A DNA stretch of 64,000 nucleotides, taken from assembly GCF_009914755.1 (NCBI RefSeq), contig NC_060944.1; one strand, 5' to 3'. Made by a program: the position numbers and the translations under genes. This document shows, in pieces, positions 1 through 12,299 of this stretch. The notes below the pieces were generated by a model. That model was not told where the DNA came from, ran no database searches, and saw only the letters and a program-made list of their open reading frames with translations. Each line of letters opens with the position of its first letter. Position 1 is the stretch's first letter. The stretch is from the human T2T-CHM13v2.0 reference genome, Homo sapiens.

Positions 1-542
1 GTTTTTTTTATATTTCATGATCTTTGACTCCAAACTCATATGGATTTGATCTTAAACTGTGGGAAACTGCGCTTACATCCAGGATGTATTTTTTCAGGGA
101 GAATTTGAATTTATTCTTAATAAAAAACAGAAGGCTTTACCTAGATGATACTTTAAAAACAACAACAATGAAAACTCAAACCAAAACAAAACAAAAAAAC
201 AAACAGTAATTCCAAAAAACCGCAAACTCAATTTTTTTCCAGGTCCTCAGCTTAATTGTGGAATCTTGCGTGTGGTTCTATCACTTTGCTGTTGGCCAAA
301 TGCTCAGTATCTCAATTATGACATTTATGTTTGGATTTTTCCCATTCCACAATCTGATTTACATGTTTTATTTGTGATGTTTTCAGTTTCAGCTTATGGC
401 TTTTGTTCTATGAGAATATATAGTCTACCAGGCTGTTGTCAGAGCCTCCGTAATCTTCCCATTCAATAATTCTCTACATCGTTTATTATTTTGTGTTTGC
501 CTTCTTCCTCTCAACTTTCAATCTGAAAATGTAAATGCTTGC

Positions 543-660
543 CATTCATCCATCCTTCTTTCATCCAAGCTTTCAGTAAATATTTACTGAGTATCCTATA
601 TGGCAGGCACTGGATCCAGTACACAACACACAGTGGCAAACAAAACAGATGTGACCTGTT
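543..660 (-). mobile_element. L2 LINE 3' end fragment
   Basis: cattcatccatcc...aaatatttactgagtatcctatatggcaggcactg is the reverse complement of the typical L2 3' terminus. Confidence 0.55.
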
Positions 661-1562
661 GTGCAAGAAGACAATCACAAGCCATAAGCTAAAAAAGTGG
701 TCCTGCAGGGGATGGGGAAGGATTAATTTTCAATCTCATTATACAAAGAATTCCTACTATAAGTAATAATTTCAGTCATTTGTGCAGAACTGTATGGTAT
801 GGACACAAGGTTCTATATTGTAATGTTGTTTTGAAGACAGGCCATTGATGGTGAGTTAGAATCAGAAAATGTGGCTTTACTTTTTTAGTTATACATCTTT
901 GTGGCTCTGAGATCCTTAGTCCATAACTTAATCTCTCTGGTCCTGTTTTCATGTCTAAGCAATGAAAATAGCCATACCTATCTTAGAAGGTGGATACAAA
1001 GTTAAGTAATGTGGTTCGATGCGATGGCATGCAAACGTCGATGACATATATTTACCTTTTCTCTCAGAGTTGTTCCCATGTTTAAGAAATTGATTTGACC
1101 CACCTCTACCATCTAAAGCAAACCATAGCAAGAATATCATGTACTTTCACTATAATGGTCACTATTGCTTAGACATCTTATCTGCTTATTTTCAGAACAA
1201 TCTGATCCACTAGAAATTGTAAATTGATGGGGGGTTGGAAGAAGCTTAAAAGATGAGTCGTTATATAAACATGATCATTTAAATCTGATTTCTACCCTTT
1301 TTATTTCTTATTTCCACCCGAACAGTAAGAACAACAATGCAAAAGAAGTAATTCGACATAGAAAACAACATAAGACTAGGGAAATAAGTAAGCAGAATAG
1401 AAAGAAAAAATATAAATAAAGCCCAGGGTTTTTTGTTTGTTGTTTGAATTTTCAACACCTAGTTGGGTGTTTGGCATATCATAGTTGCACAATACATGCT
1501 TACTGAGTAGAGTGGAAGTAAAGCAAATGGAAACCAATTCTAGGGAATATCATGTATCTTAC

Positions 1563-1663
1563 TTTATTTTATTATTTTAGTTATTAATTTTTTTATTATA
1601 CTTTAAGTTCTAGGGTACATGTGCACAACGTGCAGGTTTGTTACATATGTATACATGTGCCAT
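1563..1663 (-). mobile_element. Extremely 5'-truncated L1PA (3' tip only)
   Basis: T-rich tail then ttatactttaagttctagggtacatgtgcacaacgtgcaggtttgttacatatgtatacatgtgccat, the L1PA3-7-type 3' end. Confidence 0.9.
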
Positions 1664-1694
1664 AATTTTAAGGAGTCAATATAATGTGCAATTT

Positions 1695-1870
1695 TGTTTT
1701 GAGCCTGGGCTTTGGACCCAGCATTTACTTAGGTACAACACTGGCTGTGTGAATTCACACAAGTGATTTTGTTTCTCTAAGGTTTGCCTTCACCCTCAGT
1801 AATGTAGATAAAACAACAATACCTATTCAATCAGTTGTGACGATTAAGGGTGATAATGCCTATGCCATGC
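1695..1870 (+). mobile_element. MIR SINE fragment
   Basis: ggctgtgtgaattcacacaagtg...ctcagtaatgtagataaaacaacaataccta...gttgtgacgattaag resembles the MIR core. Confidence 0.55.
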
Positions 1871-2869
1871 TTACCATCTTGGTCTTCTGTCTTTCTTCTT
1901 GGTATACTGCTACCACCATCACAGTCATCATCACCATTGTTACTAATACGACATTGCCTGGAATTAATAACTTTTCTCTCTTTGTATGTAGGCAGTCAGA
2001 TATTTGACAATGAGTGGCAGTCATTTGTTTTTGATGTTCAAATTTTTGCGAACAAAGAAAAAGAGACCTAGGATGAATTTTCTTTAAGGGGAAAGTGTAA
2101 AGAATTAAAACATGTTAGTTATACATCCTGAAATGTGGGAAGATAGCAGTGCCTAACATCATTACTGTGGGTGGATCCAGAAATCATGCTTGAAGGAAAA
2201 TAATGACATGCTTTTAGCCAATTATGAAACTTTGTTTTGCTAAATGGGACCTGAAGAGATGTGATAAAGAGATAGATTTTTTTTTCCCAGACCATGTTCA
2301 GAAGGGAAAGAAGAAAGATAAAGCTGCTAAAGAGAAAACTTTCTGGGGAAAAACACAGTTTTAAAAATGAGAAATTGAATACTATTTTTTTGCCATATAG
2401 TATGTATTATAATTACTTTCCCTGCTCTCCACAAAATCTTTAGTAAAATATTCATTTCTGGCACCATATAGATTGTGTACACCTTAATTTCATTAATTTC
2501 TTTGTGTTTCCTATAAAACTTCAATAACGAGTGTAAGAATATGGCAACATTTTGAAATTGCAGCAGTTAAAATGATATTTAAATTGAGAATATAATGAAC
2601 TTGTAATAGGAGGGAAAGAAGAGGGGAAGTGGAGCCCTTGAGAATTCAGGGAATCCCTGTGCTCAGAAGAAATTACACTGTGATGCCAAAATCCTAATAA
2701 TGTTCCAGTAAAACTGCTAAACTCAGATTGAAATTTTAGTGTTAAAAGGTAGGTTTGCATTATAACATTCTATCCTTCCATCCTCAAAATGAAAAAGCAT
2801 GTTAAGACATAAAGTAAAATTTGATTAAAATAATTATATCAAACTTATCTCTTAACGGATGCTAGGAAA

Positions 2870-3020
2870 GGTGCTATTTCACATGTATAACCTCACCGTA
2901 TTTTCAAAACTATTATTTGCCCCATGTTATAAATGAGGAAGGAAACTGAGTCTCAGAGAAGGTAAATCATTTTCTCAAGTGCACAGCTGGGATTCCAGCC
3001 AGGCGAGTCTATTCTAAACC
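2870..3020 (-). mobile_element. MIR SINE fragment
   Basis: cccatgttataaatgaggaaggaaactgagtctcagagaaggtaaatcattttctcaag, MIR core on the reverse strand. Confidence 0.6.
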
Positions 3021-4371
3021 CATTAAATGTCATATTTTAATGTTCCTTGATTTCTCCATTCAAAAACAAGAGAAAAGGATTAAGGCAAATGGAAGAGGGG
3101 GATATTTAAATGCCAACATAAAAGAGTAGGCACAAATATCTGACTTTGTGAAATAGTATGACTTTGTGGAAATAGATGTAATTTGAAATGCAGTTAAAGG
3201 AATCCGTGAATGAAATGAGAAAAGAGATGGAAATGATGTCTTCCGCAGTAACATCAGTTGTGCATAACAATGTCATGGGTAAATGCCCATCTGATAAAGA
3301 GGTTTTAATTAAACTAAATAATTTATTATCCATTATACTTCAATAAATTAAAAAGGATATAATCTAAGATGCTTTATTTCTCTGAAACAGGATTGTATAC
3401 CATAAATTCAGCCCATCATGTGTTCTCAAGTGAGAAAATGTCCAGATTAATAAAATGCAGGGAAGGTAATAATTAATTTCCATAATATTTTAATCCTTGG
3501 CACATTTATCCAAATACATTTTTCCATGCAGAGTTAGACATTGCTTTTTGTTGGATGGGGAATGAATGAAAATAAGTTTTTCATAGGGAAAATTTTGAAT
3601 TAAATATGAACTGGTATCATAATTCAATGATAGCTATGCACTGTGTATTTCCTATATATGCATATGAACACACCCTTATGTATATACACATATGTAATTT
3701 TCATATATTCATACACATATATATTATTCATGTTTATGTAGGTAAATGAGTGTATATGCACATAGACTCACCAATGCCACATGTTCCCTTAGTTTTATCC
3801 ATCTCCTTTAAGTTCCTAAATATTTGTAGTTTTTAGATATTAAATAAAAAGTACATATCAAAAAAACATACATAAAATATAAAGTGTTAATTAAAATAAA
3901 AGATACTAAAATTTATCCTAATTTATATCTTCTCTATCCCCCTCTATTATAAACTGCTGTTAATTTATTGAGATTCATTTTAGGGAAAAATTACTGAGAC
4001 CATTATGTAGAGCTATATGTATTTTTATCTGTCTATATTCTGTTTCTTTTAAATACTCATAAGTGAGGTCATATAGCATACATTATTTTGAACTTTGCTT
4101 TTTTCAGTTTAGACTTTCCCGCATATACACCCATAAATATAGTTTGTTGTTTTTAACAATGTCTTACTATTTTTTCCATAAACTGCAGTTTATTTGTCTT
4201 GTTGATGAATATTTTATTTCAAATAATTTCCAGATATTTCTATTAAAGCAATACTGTAATGCACATCCTTATGAGATTGACCAATAGTAATTTTGAGCAG
4301 TAGAATTGTTGAATGACAAGGGCATTTGAAATTTTAATCATTATAGCGACTTATCACCCAGAAAAGGTTTA

Positions 4372-4771
<400 letters not shown>

Positions 4772-5195
4772 TTATTTAATCAAGTTGAGCAGTTGTGTTA
4801 CAGAATTTTATAAGAATATTCACAACTGTTTTTCTTTAAAAAGAAAGCAACCTTTGAGTACTTGAGATAGATAAAATTTTAAGAAATTATTTTTCATATT
4901 ATTTTTCTGATTATAGGGACCTTGAGCATATAAACATGGATACAAAGTATAATTTATTAGTACCCTGTATAGAAAAATAACTAATTAAAGAAAAAGATAA
5001 AATTTTAAGGTGTATAAAGTTTTTTTTCTGACAATAAAAATGAACATAGTTCATTATTAAAATGTGAAAAATACAAAATAAAAACACAGCAAAGGTTAAA
5101 AGCACCCATAGAAGTATATATTCTTAAAAGAATGAAAATATATTATTTTCTTGAATAATCATTGGCTTATAATTTTGTGTATTTCTCTCTCTCTT

Positions 5196-5270
5196 TTCCT
5201 TCCTTCCTTCCTTCTCCTTCCTTCCTTCCTTCCTTCCTTCCTTCCTTCCTTCCTTCCTTCTTTCCTTCCT
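5196..5270. repeat. (CCTT)n tetranucleotide microsatellite
   Basis: Direct reading of the tandem ccttccttcctt run. Confidence 0.95.
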
Positions 5271-5327
5271 TGTTATAGATGCATGGAGTGGCTAGGAAAG
5301 CTGTTAGAGGTAGGATATCTAGTAAGA

Positions 5328-5445
5328 GCTGTGGTGCTCAGCCCTGGCTGCACATTGGAACTGTCTGGAGAACGTTTAATGGCCCGATGCCCAGGTTCAC
5401 CCCAGATCAATTACATGTATAGTTTTGCATGTGTGTGTGTATATG

Positions 5446-5480
<35 letters not shown>

Positions 5481-5525
5481 TATATTCATTTCCTTCTGCA
5501 CAAATTAAAGGTTACATAAAACACT
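5328..5525. mobile_element. MER5-like hAT DNA transposon remnant interrupted by a (TG)/(CA) microsatellite
   Basis: gctgtggtgctcagccctggctgcacattggaactgtctggagaacgtttaa...gatgcccaggttcaccccagatcaatta; (CA)n at ~5447-5478. Confidence 0.6.
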
Positions 5526-5550
5526 AAGACCTGATTTTTGTCTTGTATCA

Positions 5551-5995
5551 TTTTTTTTTCTTTTAACTTTTATTTTAAGTTCAGGGATAAAAGTGCAGGT
5601 TTGTTACACAGGTAAACTTGTGTCATGGGAGTTTGTTTTACAGATTATTTCATCACCCAGGTATTAGGCCTAGTACCTATTAGTTATTTTTCCTGATCCT
5701 CTCCCTCCTCCGACTCTCCACCCTCTAAAAGTCCCCAGCATGTATTGTTACCCTCTTTGTATCCATGTGTTCTCATCATTTAGCTCCCACTTATATGTGA
5801 GAACATGTGGTATTTGGTTTTCTGTTCCTGCGTTAGTTTGCTAAGGATGTTGGCCTCCAGCTCCATCCATGGCCCAGCAAAGGACATGATCTTGTTCTTT
5901 TTTATGGCTGCATAGTATTACATGGTATATATGTATCACATTTTCTTTATCCAGTCTATCATTGATGGGCATTTAGGTTGATTCCACGTCTTTGC
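5551..5995 (-). mobile_element. 5'-truncated L1PA (PA13-like) 3' UTR/ORF2 end
   Basis: poly-T then ttttaagttcagggataaaagtgcaggtttgttacacaggtaaacttgtgtcatggg; degenerate TSD ttgtatcattt/ttgcatcactt. Confidence 0.9.
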
Positions 5996-7179
5996 ATCAC
6001 TTGTAAGTGTTCTTTATTTTCTTTTCCTCTGGTAGATATACACACTGAAATCTTTCCAGTGTGTCTTAGAATGTTCAATTCAATTCAAGTGAAATGTAGT
6101 AAAACAAGATTACTTCTGAGAAGTTCTCTGTGGACATGTGCCCCTTCTTTCTGAGCCTTTCTTTAGGAACACACTCTTCTCCATTTGCCTGAATATCCAT
6201 TTGGAGTACTAGGGCACCTCCTCAAAGGAGAAAGGCTCTGCTCAAATCAGAATCCAGAAGGCGTGACTATTGGTGTCAGTTAATATGGAGTTTACTCCCA
6301 CAGAAACATGTAACATCATATTCCAAAATCTAGTACCTGCTTTTCAGCTCCTATTCCCTCTTCTTCCCTTGAATGATAGTAAATATGTCATAAAGAAGGT
6401 CTTAAACTTTTAATGTTTATTTCTCACACTTCTACACAATTTGAAGTTTTTCTTTTTCATTTCACGATGGCATGCACTTCACTGTGATGAAGTCAGTTTA
6501 ACCTCTGTTCAAAAATCTTTTGTTGAACTTCCTTCAAAACGTTCAGCTCGGGAGAGGCAGTCTCCCTCAGAAAAATCTCAAGACTATTTTCCAGATAACC
6601 TACTGGTTTGATCTGTTACATTTATTGTAGATATTCTCTTCCCCACTGAGAGAGAACTGAAGCAAGAGTAGCTATTCCATATTTCTTTATGAAAAGTAAA
6701 TTTGTAGTTTGTGAGCTGGGATAATGCATCCATAGGGATAGGGGACCCACAGATGAGTGGTAAAATTTGTCACTTGTAAACAGGGAACATTGTTTCTGAA
6801 GAGTAAATGAGAGCTCCCACCCTGAGAGATGTTACCATTAAGAGAAGGGAACTTTGGTATTGGAAAATCTGGGTCACATAATTTTCATGTTTATGTGTAC
6901 CACCATTTTGTTCTAACTCACAGAAATAATGAAAGAGGTGACTGAAGAGGAACTGTGTCTGCCTTGTTTTCTTCATACCTTGTTGCTCACAGTCCTAGAG
7001 CTTACTTCAAAGACTGATGATATAAACACCTAGGGGATCTAGATTCCAAATTAAGAAAAACAGATTGTGCTATCAAAGTGCAGTTGATTTAGAATCTTTG
7101 AAAAAAGTAACTTTAGTCTTAGAGAATATGATCTACAGCAAAGATACCAGAATGCAACTTAGAATTGTTTTGCTTTACT

Positions 7180-7408
7180 TTTCGTCCTTAATTTTAAAAA
7201 AATATGTAATATATGAATACACTTTTATATTAAAGTCTCAAATATCTCCGCATATGAACACAGACAAATGTGATTTAACATCCATGTCTCTGAAGCTCTC
7301 TATCCACCCCTCTCCCTGTCCCATCCAGAAGTAACCACTGTTAATGTTTCTGAAGTACCTGTCTCTGTTCTTTTATGCATATACATGGAGGGGGAAGATA
7401 GACATACC

Positions 7409-7456
<48 letters not shown>

Positions 7457-9840
7457 TTGTAAATGGGATTATATTATAAATATTTTTCTGCAAGCTATTT
7501 TGTCTTACAAATCTGTTCAAGTGAGTACATATAAGCTAATCTTATCCACCTGAAAATCTTTGTAGAATTCTAGAGTACAGACATACTGTAGTTTGTTTAA
7601 CCACTTTTCTGTAAATGGACATCTATATTGTCTCTAGCATTTTACTGTTTTAAATGATGTTGTAGTAATGACTTTGAAACCTTGAAACAATTCACTTAAT
7701 ATCTCTATATCTCAGCTTCCTTATCTATAAAATGGAGAAATGATAGCACCTACCTCAAAGTATAACATGCATAATAAAATTTGATAGTGTTCATATGGTC
7801 ATTTTAAAAATTTCTATTATGTTGTTGATGGGGATCCTTCTTTGTACACTTGTGCTATATGTCTTAGAAGAGATTTTTAAAAGCAGTCTTTTTATGAAAA
7901 GAACTTGCAAAAAATTGTGTTAGAGACTGCTCCATTGCCTTCTAAAAAGTCTCTACTGTTTATAGTGATTCATTTAGATCAGGATGAGTTTCCTTATATC
8001 TTTGTCAGTGCTGAACATTTTCAATCATTTAGTTTTTGCCAACATAATGGCAAAAGCATCTCAGTTGTTGCCTTAGTTTATATTCTTTTAATGATGCATG
8101 AAGGTTCCTCTTCTTTTCCTTTTCTTTTTGTTTACTTGGCATTTTCAGTTTCTTCAGTGAATAAATATTAAATCGGTATCAGGTAGTAACTGCTTGGAAA
8201 TAGACCCTCTATAAACGTGAAAAGATGGAGGTAGAATGCTTGCTTGAGGGCACCAGTGTCCTAGGTCTGTCTGTTCTCCATCAGATGAGGTTGTGGGCTT
8301 GTTTAATTTACTCTAAGAACCAGGAAACCTAAAGTTAGTAGAAATCAATTTCTGGACTCTCTAGTTAATCCATTTGATCTTTTTTTGTCTACCCTTTCAA
8401 TATTATACTGCTTGATTTCATATTTCTTTGTAAGACATGAAGCTATCTAATAGTATGAGTCTTTCTATACTATTTTTCAAATTATGTTTATTCTTTAGAT
8501 TTTGGACTTTGTAATCTGCTTAAACGGTTCAAAAATAACATTGTGATATTTATTGATATGACTTTGAATTTATATTTTGGTGAGACCATTGACTGATAAA
8601 GTGGTAAGCCTTTCTCCATCTGGAGACATGATTTTTGTTCTCTTTATTTAGGTCTATTCTAGTAAGTTTCCATCATTTTCTTCTCATTGAAGAAAATAGA
8701 TACATAAAGTCTAGGAAGCATATTACAAGCTTTAGCTAATAACCTCAATGTGAGTTCCAACATCTGGGAAGATCTAAGCATTCCAGGTCCCAATAAGTGT
8801 CCTCTTCTGTCCACTAAATGTAACCATTATGGTGACTTTGATGCCGTGGAATGCTGATAAATGTTTAGCTACCCTTTCTCTGGAAAAGACAACAACTCAG
8901 ATTTGTAGTGTTTGCTGATTTATGTGATGTGAATATGCCGACCATGGCTGATTTCAAGCTACCAGGCTGGAGCTGAGATGCCCCAATCAGCTCTCCTGAT
9001 GCAGCACACCCAGCTCTTTTAGATTCCTACATTTATGGTAATTGCCTCCTTTCTTTCCTTCATGCCTTTACTGCCTACATATGCCTCCTTGAAAACCTAA
9101 AGCGTCATTGAGTTCCTTTTTTTTTTTAACGTAGTTGGAAAATATTGAGCATTTTTCGCTGAATATTATGTGTATGAATTTCATCACTGTTGTTTAGAGT
9201 AACTGTTGTGTGTTCTATAGGAATGGATGTATAGGGTACCAGTGTGTAATTATACCACAATTGTCTTGGATATTTGCATCGTTTCCAGTTTGAGGTTCTT
9301 AAAAACACTAATGAATATTCTGTTGGATCCATACTTCTGATTGGAATTTTTGGGTAGTAGCATATATGTTTCTTCAATTTTAATGTATTATGCAAAATTT
9401 TCTAGAATAGTTTACCAAATTACCTCCCCTCCCCCTGTTTACGGCATTTGGCTTCACTCCATATTGTCACTTGTTATTGTCAGTCTAATATTAGCCTTTG
9501 TAAGGATCATATAATGATATTTCATTATGTTTTAAAATCCATTTTTGTGATTGCTAATTAGCATATTTTTACATTTTATATTGCCATTTAGATTTCTTTT
9601 GTGTTTGACCTACCTGTTCCTCTCACCCATGTTTCTACTAGGTTATCTTTTTACTTACTGGTTTGTTGGAGGTTTTTTTTTTACATAACTCTGATGTGAG
9701 TCCTTTGGCAGTCATATGAGTGGCCAATATCTTCTTCTCAATGGCTTGAATGCTGTATCTTTTCATGAGTATACACTCTTAACTTGATTTTTATGGTTGG
9801 GGCTTTTTATGTTTTTTTAAACAAATTTATTCCCAACCAA
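7180..9840 (-). mobile_element. Fragmented ancient L1M(E) pieces, with a (CA)n at 7410-7454 and a MIR piece at ~7670-7760
   Basis: Degenerate antisense L1 3'-region motifs (gtaaccactgttaatgttt, aaatggacatctatattgtctctagcatttt, gttgtttagagtaactgttg); boundaries approximate. Confidence 0.5.
8843..9012 (-). mobile_element. MER63-like hAT-Blackjack DNA transposon
   Basis: gctgataaatgtttag...gatttgtagtgtttgctgattt...ccatggctgatttcaagctacc...cagcacacc matches recalled MER63 consensus. Confidence 0.65.
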
Positions 9841-9920
9841 AGCAGGAAAACTCAGAGTGGCTGTTGGAAATTACTGTTGGAGATTGGAGAAAGAGCAGCC
9901 TTCTTATCTAGCGGTGTAAC

Positions 9921-10365
9921 TGATGCAGGGCAGGTTCTTGGCTTTGCTCGGGAAAGAATTCGAGAGTGAGCTGGTAAGTGGAGGAAAGCAGCTTAATTGA
10001 GGTGGTGGCCATGTTACAGCTCTGTGACTGCTTCTGAAGAGCAGGTCTGGCCCAAAGGCAGTGCACTGAGAGCAGCCTATGGGTGGTTTGTAGTCATATT
10101 TATACCCACTTTTACTGACATGCTAATTAAGGGGCAGAGTATTCAGAAATAGCTAGAAAATGGGCTGTAACCTCTGGGTGTCACCATGGCAAGGGGTGGT
10201 AACTTCTGGATGTTGCTCTGGCATTCGTAAACTGTCATAGTGCCAGTGGGAGTGTCCTATGGTGATGGGCAGCGAGAGCAACTTGAGGTGTGCTTAGCAC
10301 CTCTTCCTGGCTTTGGTCTGTCTTCAATCTGGTCCAGAGATGAGTCCTGCCTTCCTCCTACCTCA
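9921..10365 (-). repeat. 3' LTR of the provirus (MER66-like)
   Basis: Minus strand TGAGGTAGGAGG...CCCTGCATCA (TG...CA); aligns by eye with 19197-19642; TATAAA at 10099-10104; PPT gaggggggaa at 10366-10375. Confidence 0.9.
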
Positions 10366-10567
10366 TTCCCCCCTCAGAGAATAGATATTCCTCCCTAAAT
10401 TTAAAGGGATTGCATAAGGGCAGAGATTCAACTTCTGTAACTACTTCATGCTGATTTTATGGGTGTAGACCCTGCCTAGAATTGGAGGAGTAAAAATCTC
10501 TGTATGCCTTATCTAAGGGGCCCAAAAGCAGGATTTTGACATTCTCTAGGTCAGAAGAAGACATGCG

Positions 10568-12176
10568 TCAGAAGCCTTGTGCTAGCATTGTATTTACATG
10601 GACCTGTTGTAATCTGGAAGACACAGATTTTACTGACGGGTTAAACAAGCAAGAGCTCAAAATTAGTAGTAACAAGATACTTACCAAAGGTCCTAGGAGA
10701 GGTAAAAAACAGATGAGATTTGGGGGAGCAATTTGATAGTCAATCAGATATAGTTGGGTCAGTGCCCTGGTTATATCTATGTAAGTAGGTAGTTTGCTCA
10801 TAGATCTTTTGAATGTTAGCCTCAACCTGCCCAGAGTTGTTAATATACATGCAGCAGGTTTTATTAATAACTCCACAGACTCCACTTGATTCAGCAAGTA
10901 AATAATTCAATGCCAGTCTGTTATCAAGACTACATTTGCCAGAGTCTAGTGACTCTTGAAATTCCCTTTAATGCCTGACTTGTGTTGGTGGCTAATGATT
11001 CAAGGGTTTGAGTCAAGTTCTGTAGAGTTGACTTGTGGTAGGCAAAGCCACCTCAGGGGCCAATAGTTCTATTGCCACCCTGATTCCCACCAGAATTAAT
11101 TTTACTGCTCATGTATTTCTGGTACTCCTGGGTCTTATGGGGTTATAGACAGTGACCCCTGGAAGGATAAGAATAGCCAGTGAACATCTGCTCCTGTTCC
11201 AAGTTTTTGATATACAAGGGAAAGCTACTCCTAAAAGAATAGGTGCTTTCTGAAAGTCGGGGGCAGTTATGGGGTGTATCTTCTTTCCACTCATGGCCAC
11301 AAACAAAAATGTGCCCAGGTAGGGTGCAAATGGAGGCCCTATGGGATGTGATGTCTGTCTTTTGCTGCCAAGTTTGGTCTATAGAGATATTCATCTCATG
11401 TTTCAATGGGGATGGTCGAACACACCTTGTTTCCAGAATGGGGTGGTACTCTCACCTTCCCAGATTGGGCAGTGTTTTTCCCCCCGTATGTCCTGATCTT
11501 GGAGAAGGCACCATATATGGTTTCCTCACTCACAGGTGGAATCCCATTTACCTCACTGTGGCCTTAGGAACTTGGTATGTAGGGTTGGATCAGAGCATCA
11601 TAGGAAAGCTTCTGTTTTGTGTAATTAACACAACAGATTACGCAAAAGATAGAATCATTAGTGTAAAGGAGATATAGATACACAGCTTCCCAGGTCTGGG
11701 TAATAGTGGCAGTGGTGGGAGTGGTCAGGTGGAATCCATTAGGTGGGGCAGAGTTCCACCTAACAAGTATGGGGTCTGGAGATTAAGGGATGATTATGGT
11801 TAGTTAGGAGGCCTGGAGAGGGCTGTGAGATTTTCTGGATGGGTCAGAAGGTAGAACTCTATCCTGGGGATATTGACGACAAAGCCAGCAACCATGAAGA
11901 TCATTCGCTGATGCCATCATTTTTTAGTAGAGACAGGGTTTCACCATGTTGGCCAGGATTGTCTCCACCTCATGATCCGCCCACCTTGGCCTCCCAAAGT
12001 GCTGGGATTACAGGCATATTTACTATAGAGTTTTGTTCCCACCCACACTGGATTAGGTTAATTGGGAGAGCAAAGAGGATTAACAATGTCAGTGTGATGT
12101 CTGGTTGGGCTTTAGAGTGGCCTCTGCATCTAACAAGGACAAAAGAGGTGTTTCCCAGGAGGAGGCAGTTGGCCAA
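10568..12176 (-). pseudogene. Decayed retroviral env (EnvV-like)
   Basis: Signal-like LTLLILFALP; WEQNSIVN; CWLC (CXXC) at 11879-11890; furin site RNT* (likely CGA>TGA); fusion peptide ...AP*GGFAYH; ISD DNRLALNYLLAE; CGVINKTCC (CX6CC); TM FLPLLGPLVSILLLLIL; multiple stops and frameshifts. Confidence 0.88.
11919..12017 (-). mobile_element. Alu left-arm fragment without head or tail, inside env
   Basis: atttttagtagagacagggtttcaccatgttggccagg...cctcccaaagtgctgggattacaggc; no poly(A), no TSD. Confidence 0.9.
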
Positions 12177-12299
12177 AGTGATAGATAAGAAGTATTACAT
12201 TCAGGGAGAAGAGAAAAATTAATGCTCCTCTCCCACCTACAGCATCCTGTTACCACTTCCAGCTAAATGTTGATTCTTTTAGATAGGCAGTGGAGGTCC

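Noticed and set aside
10568-12176. Possible domesticated syncytin-like env
   Set aside because: In-frame stops (including at the furin site and fusion peptide), frameshifts and an Alu insertion; no intact ORF
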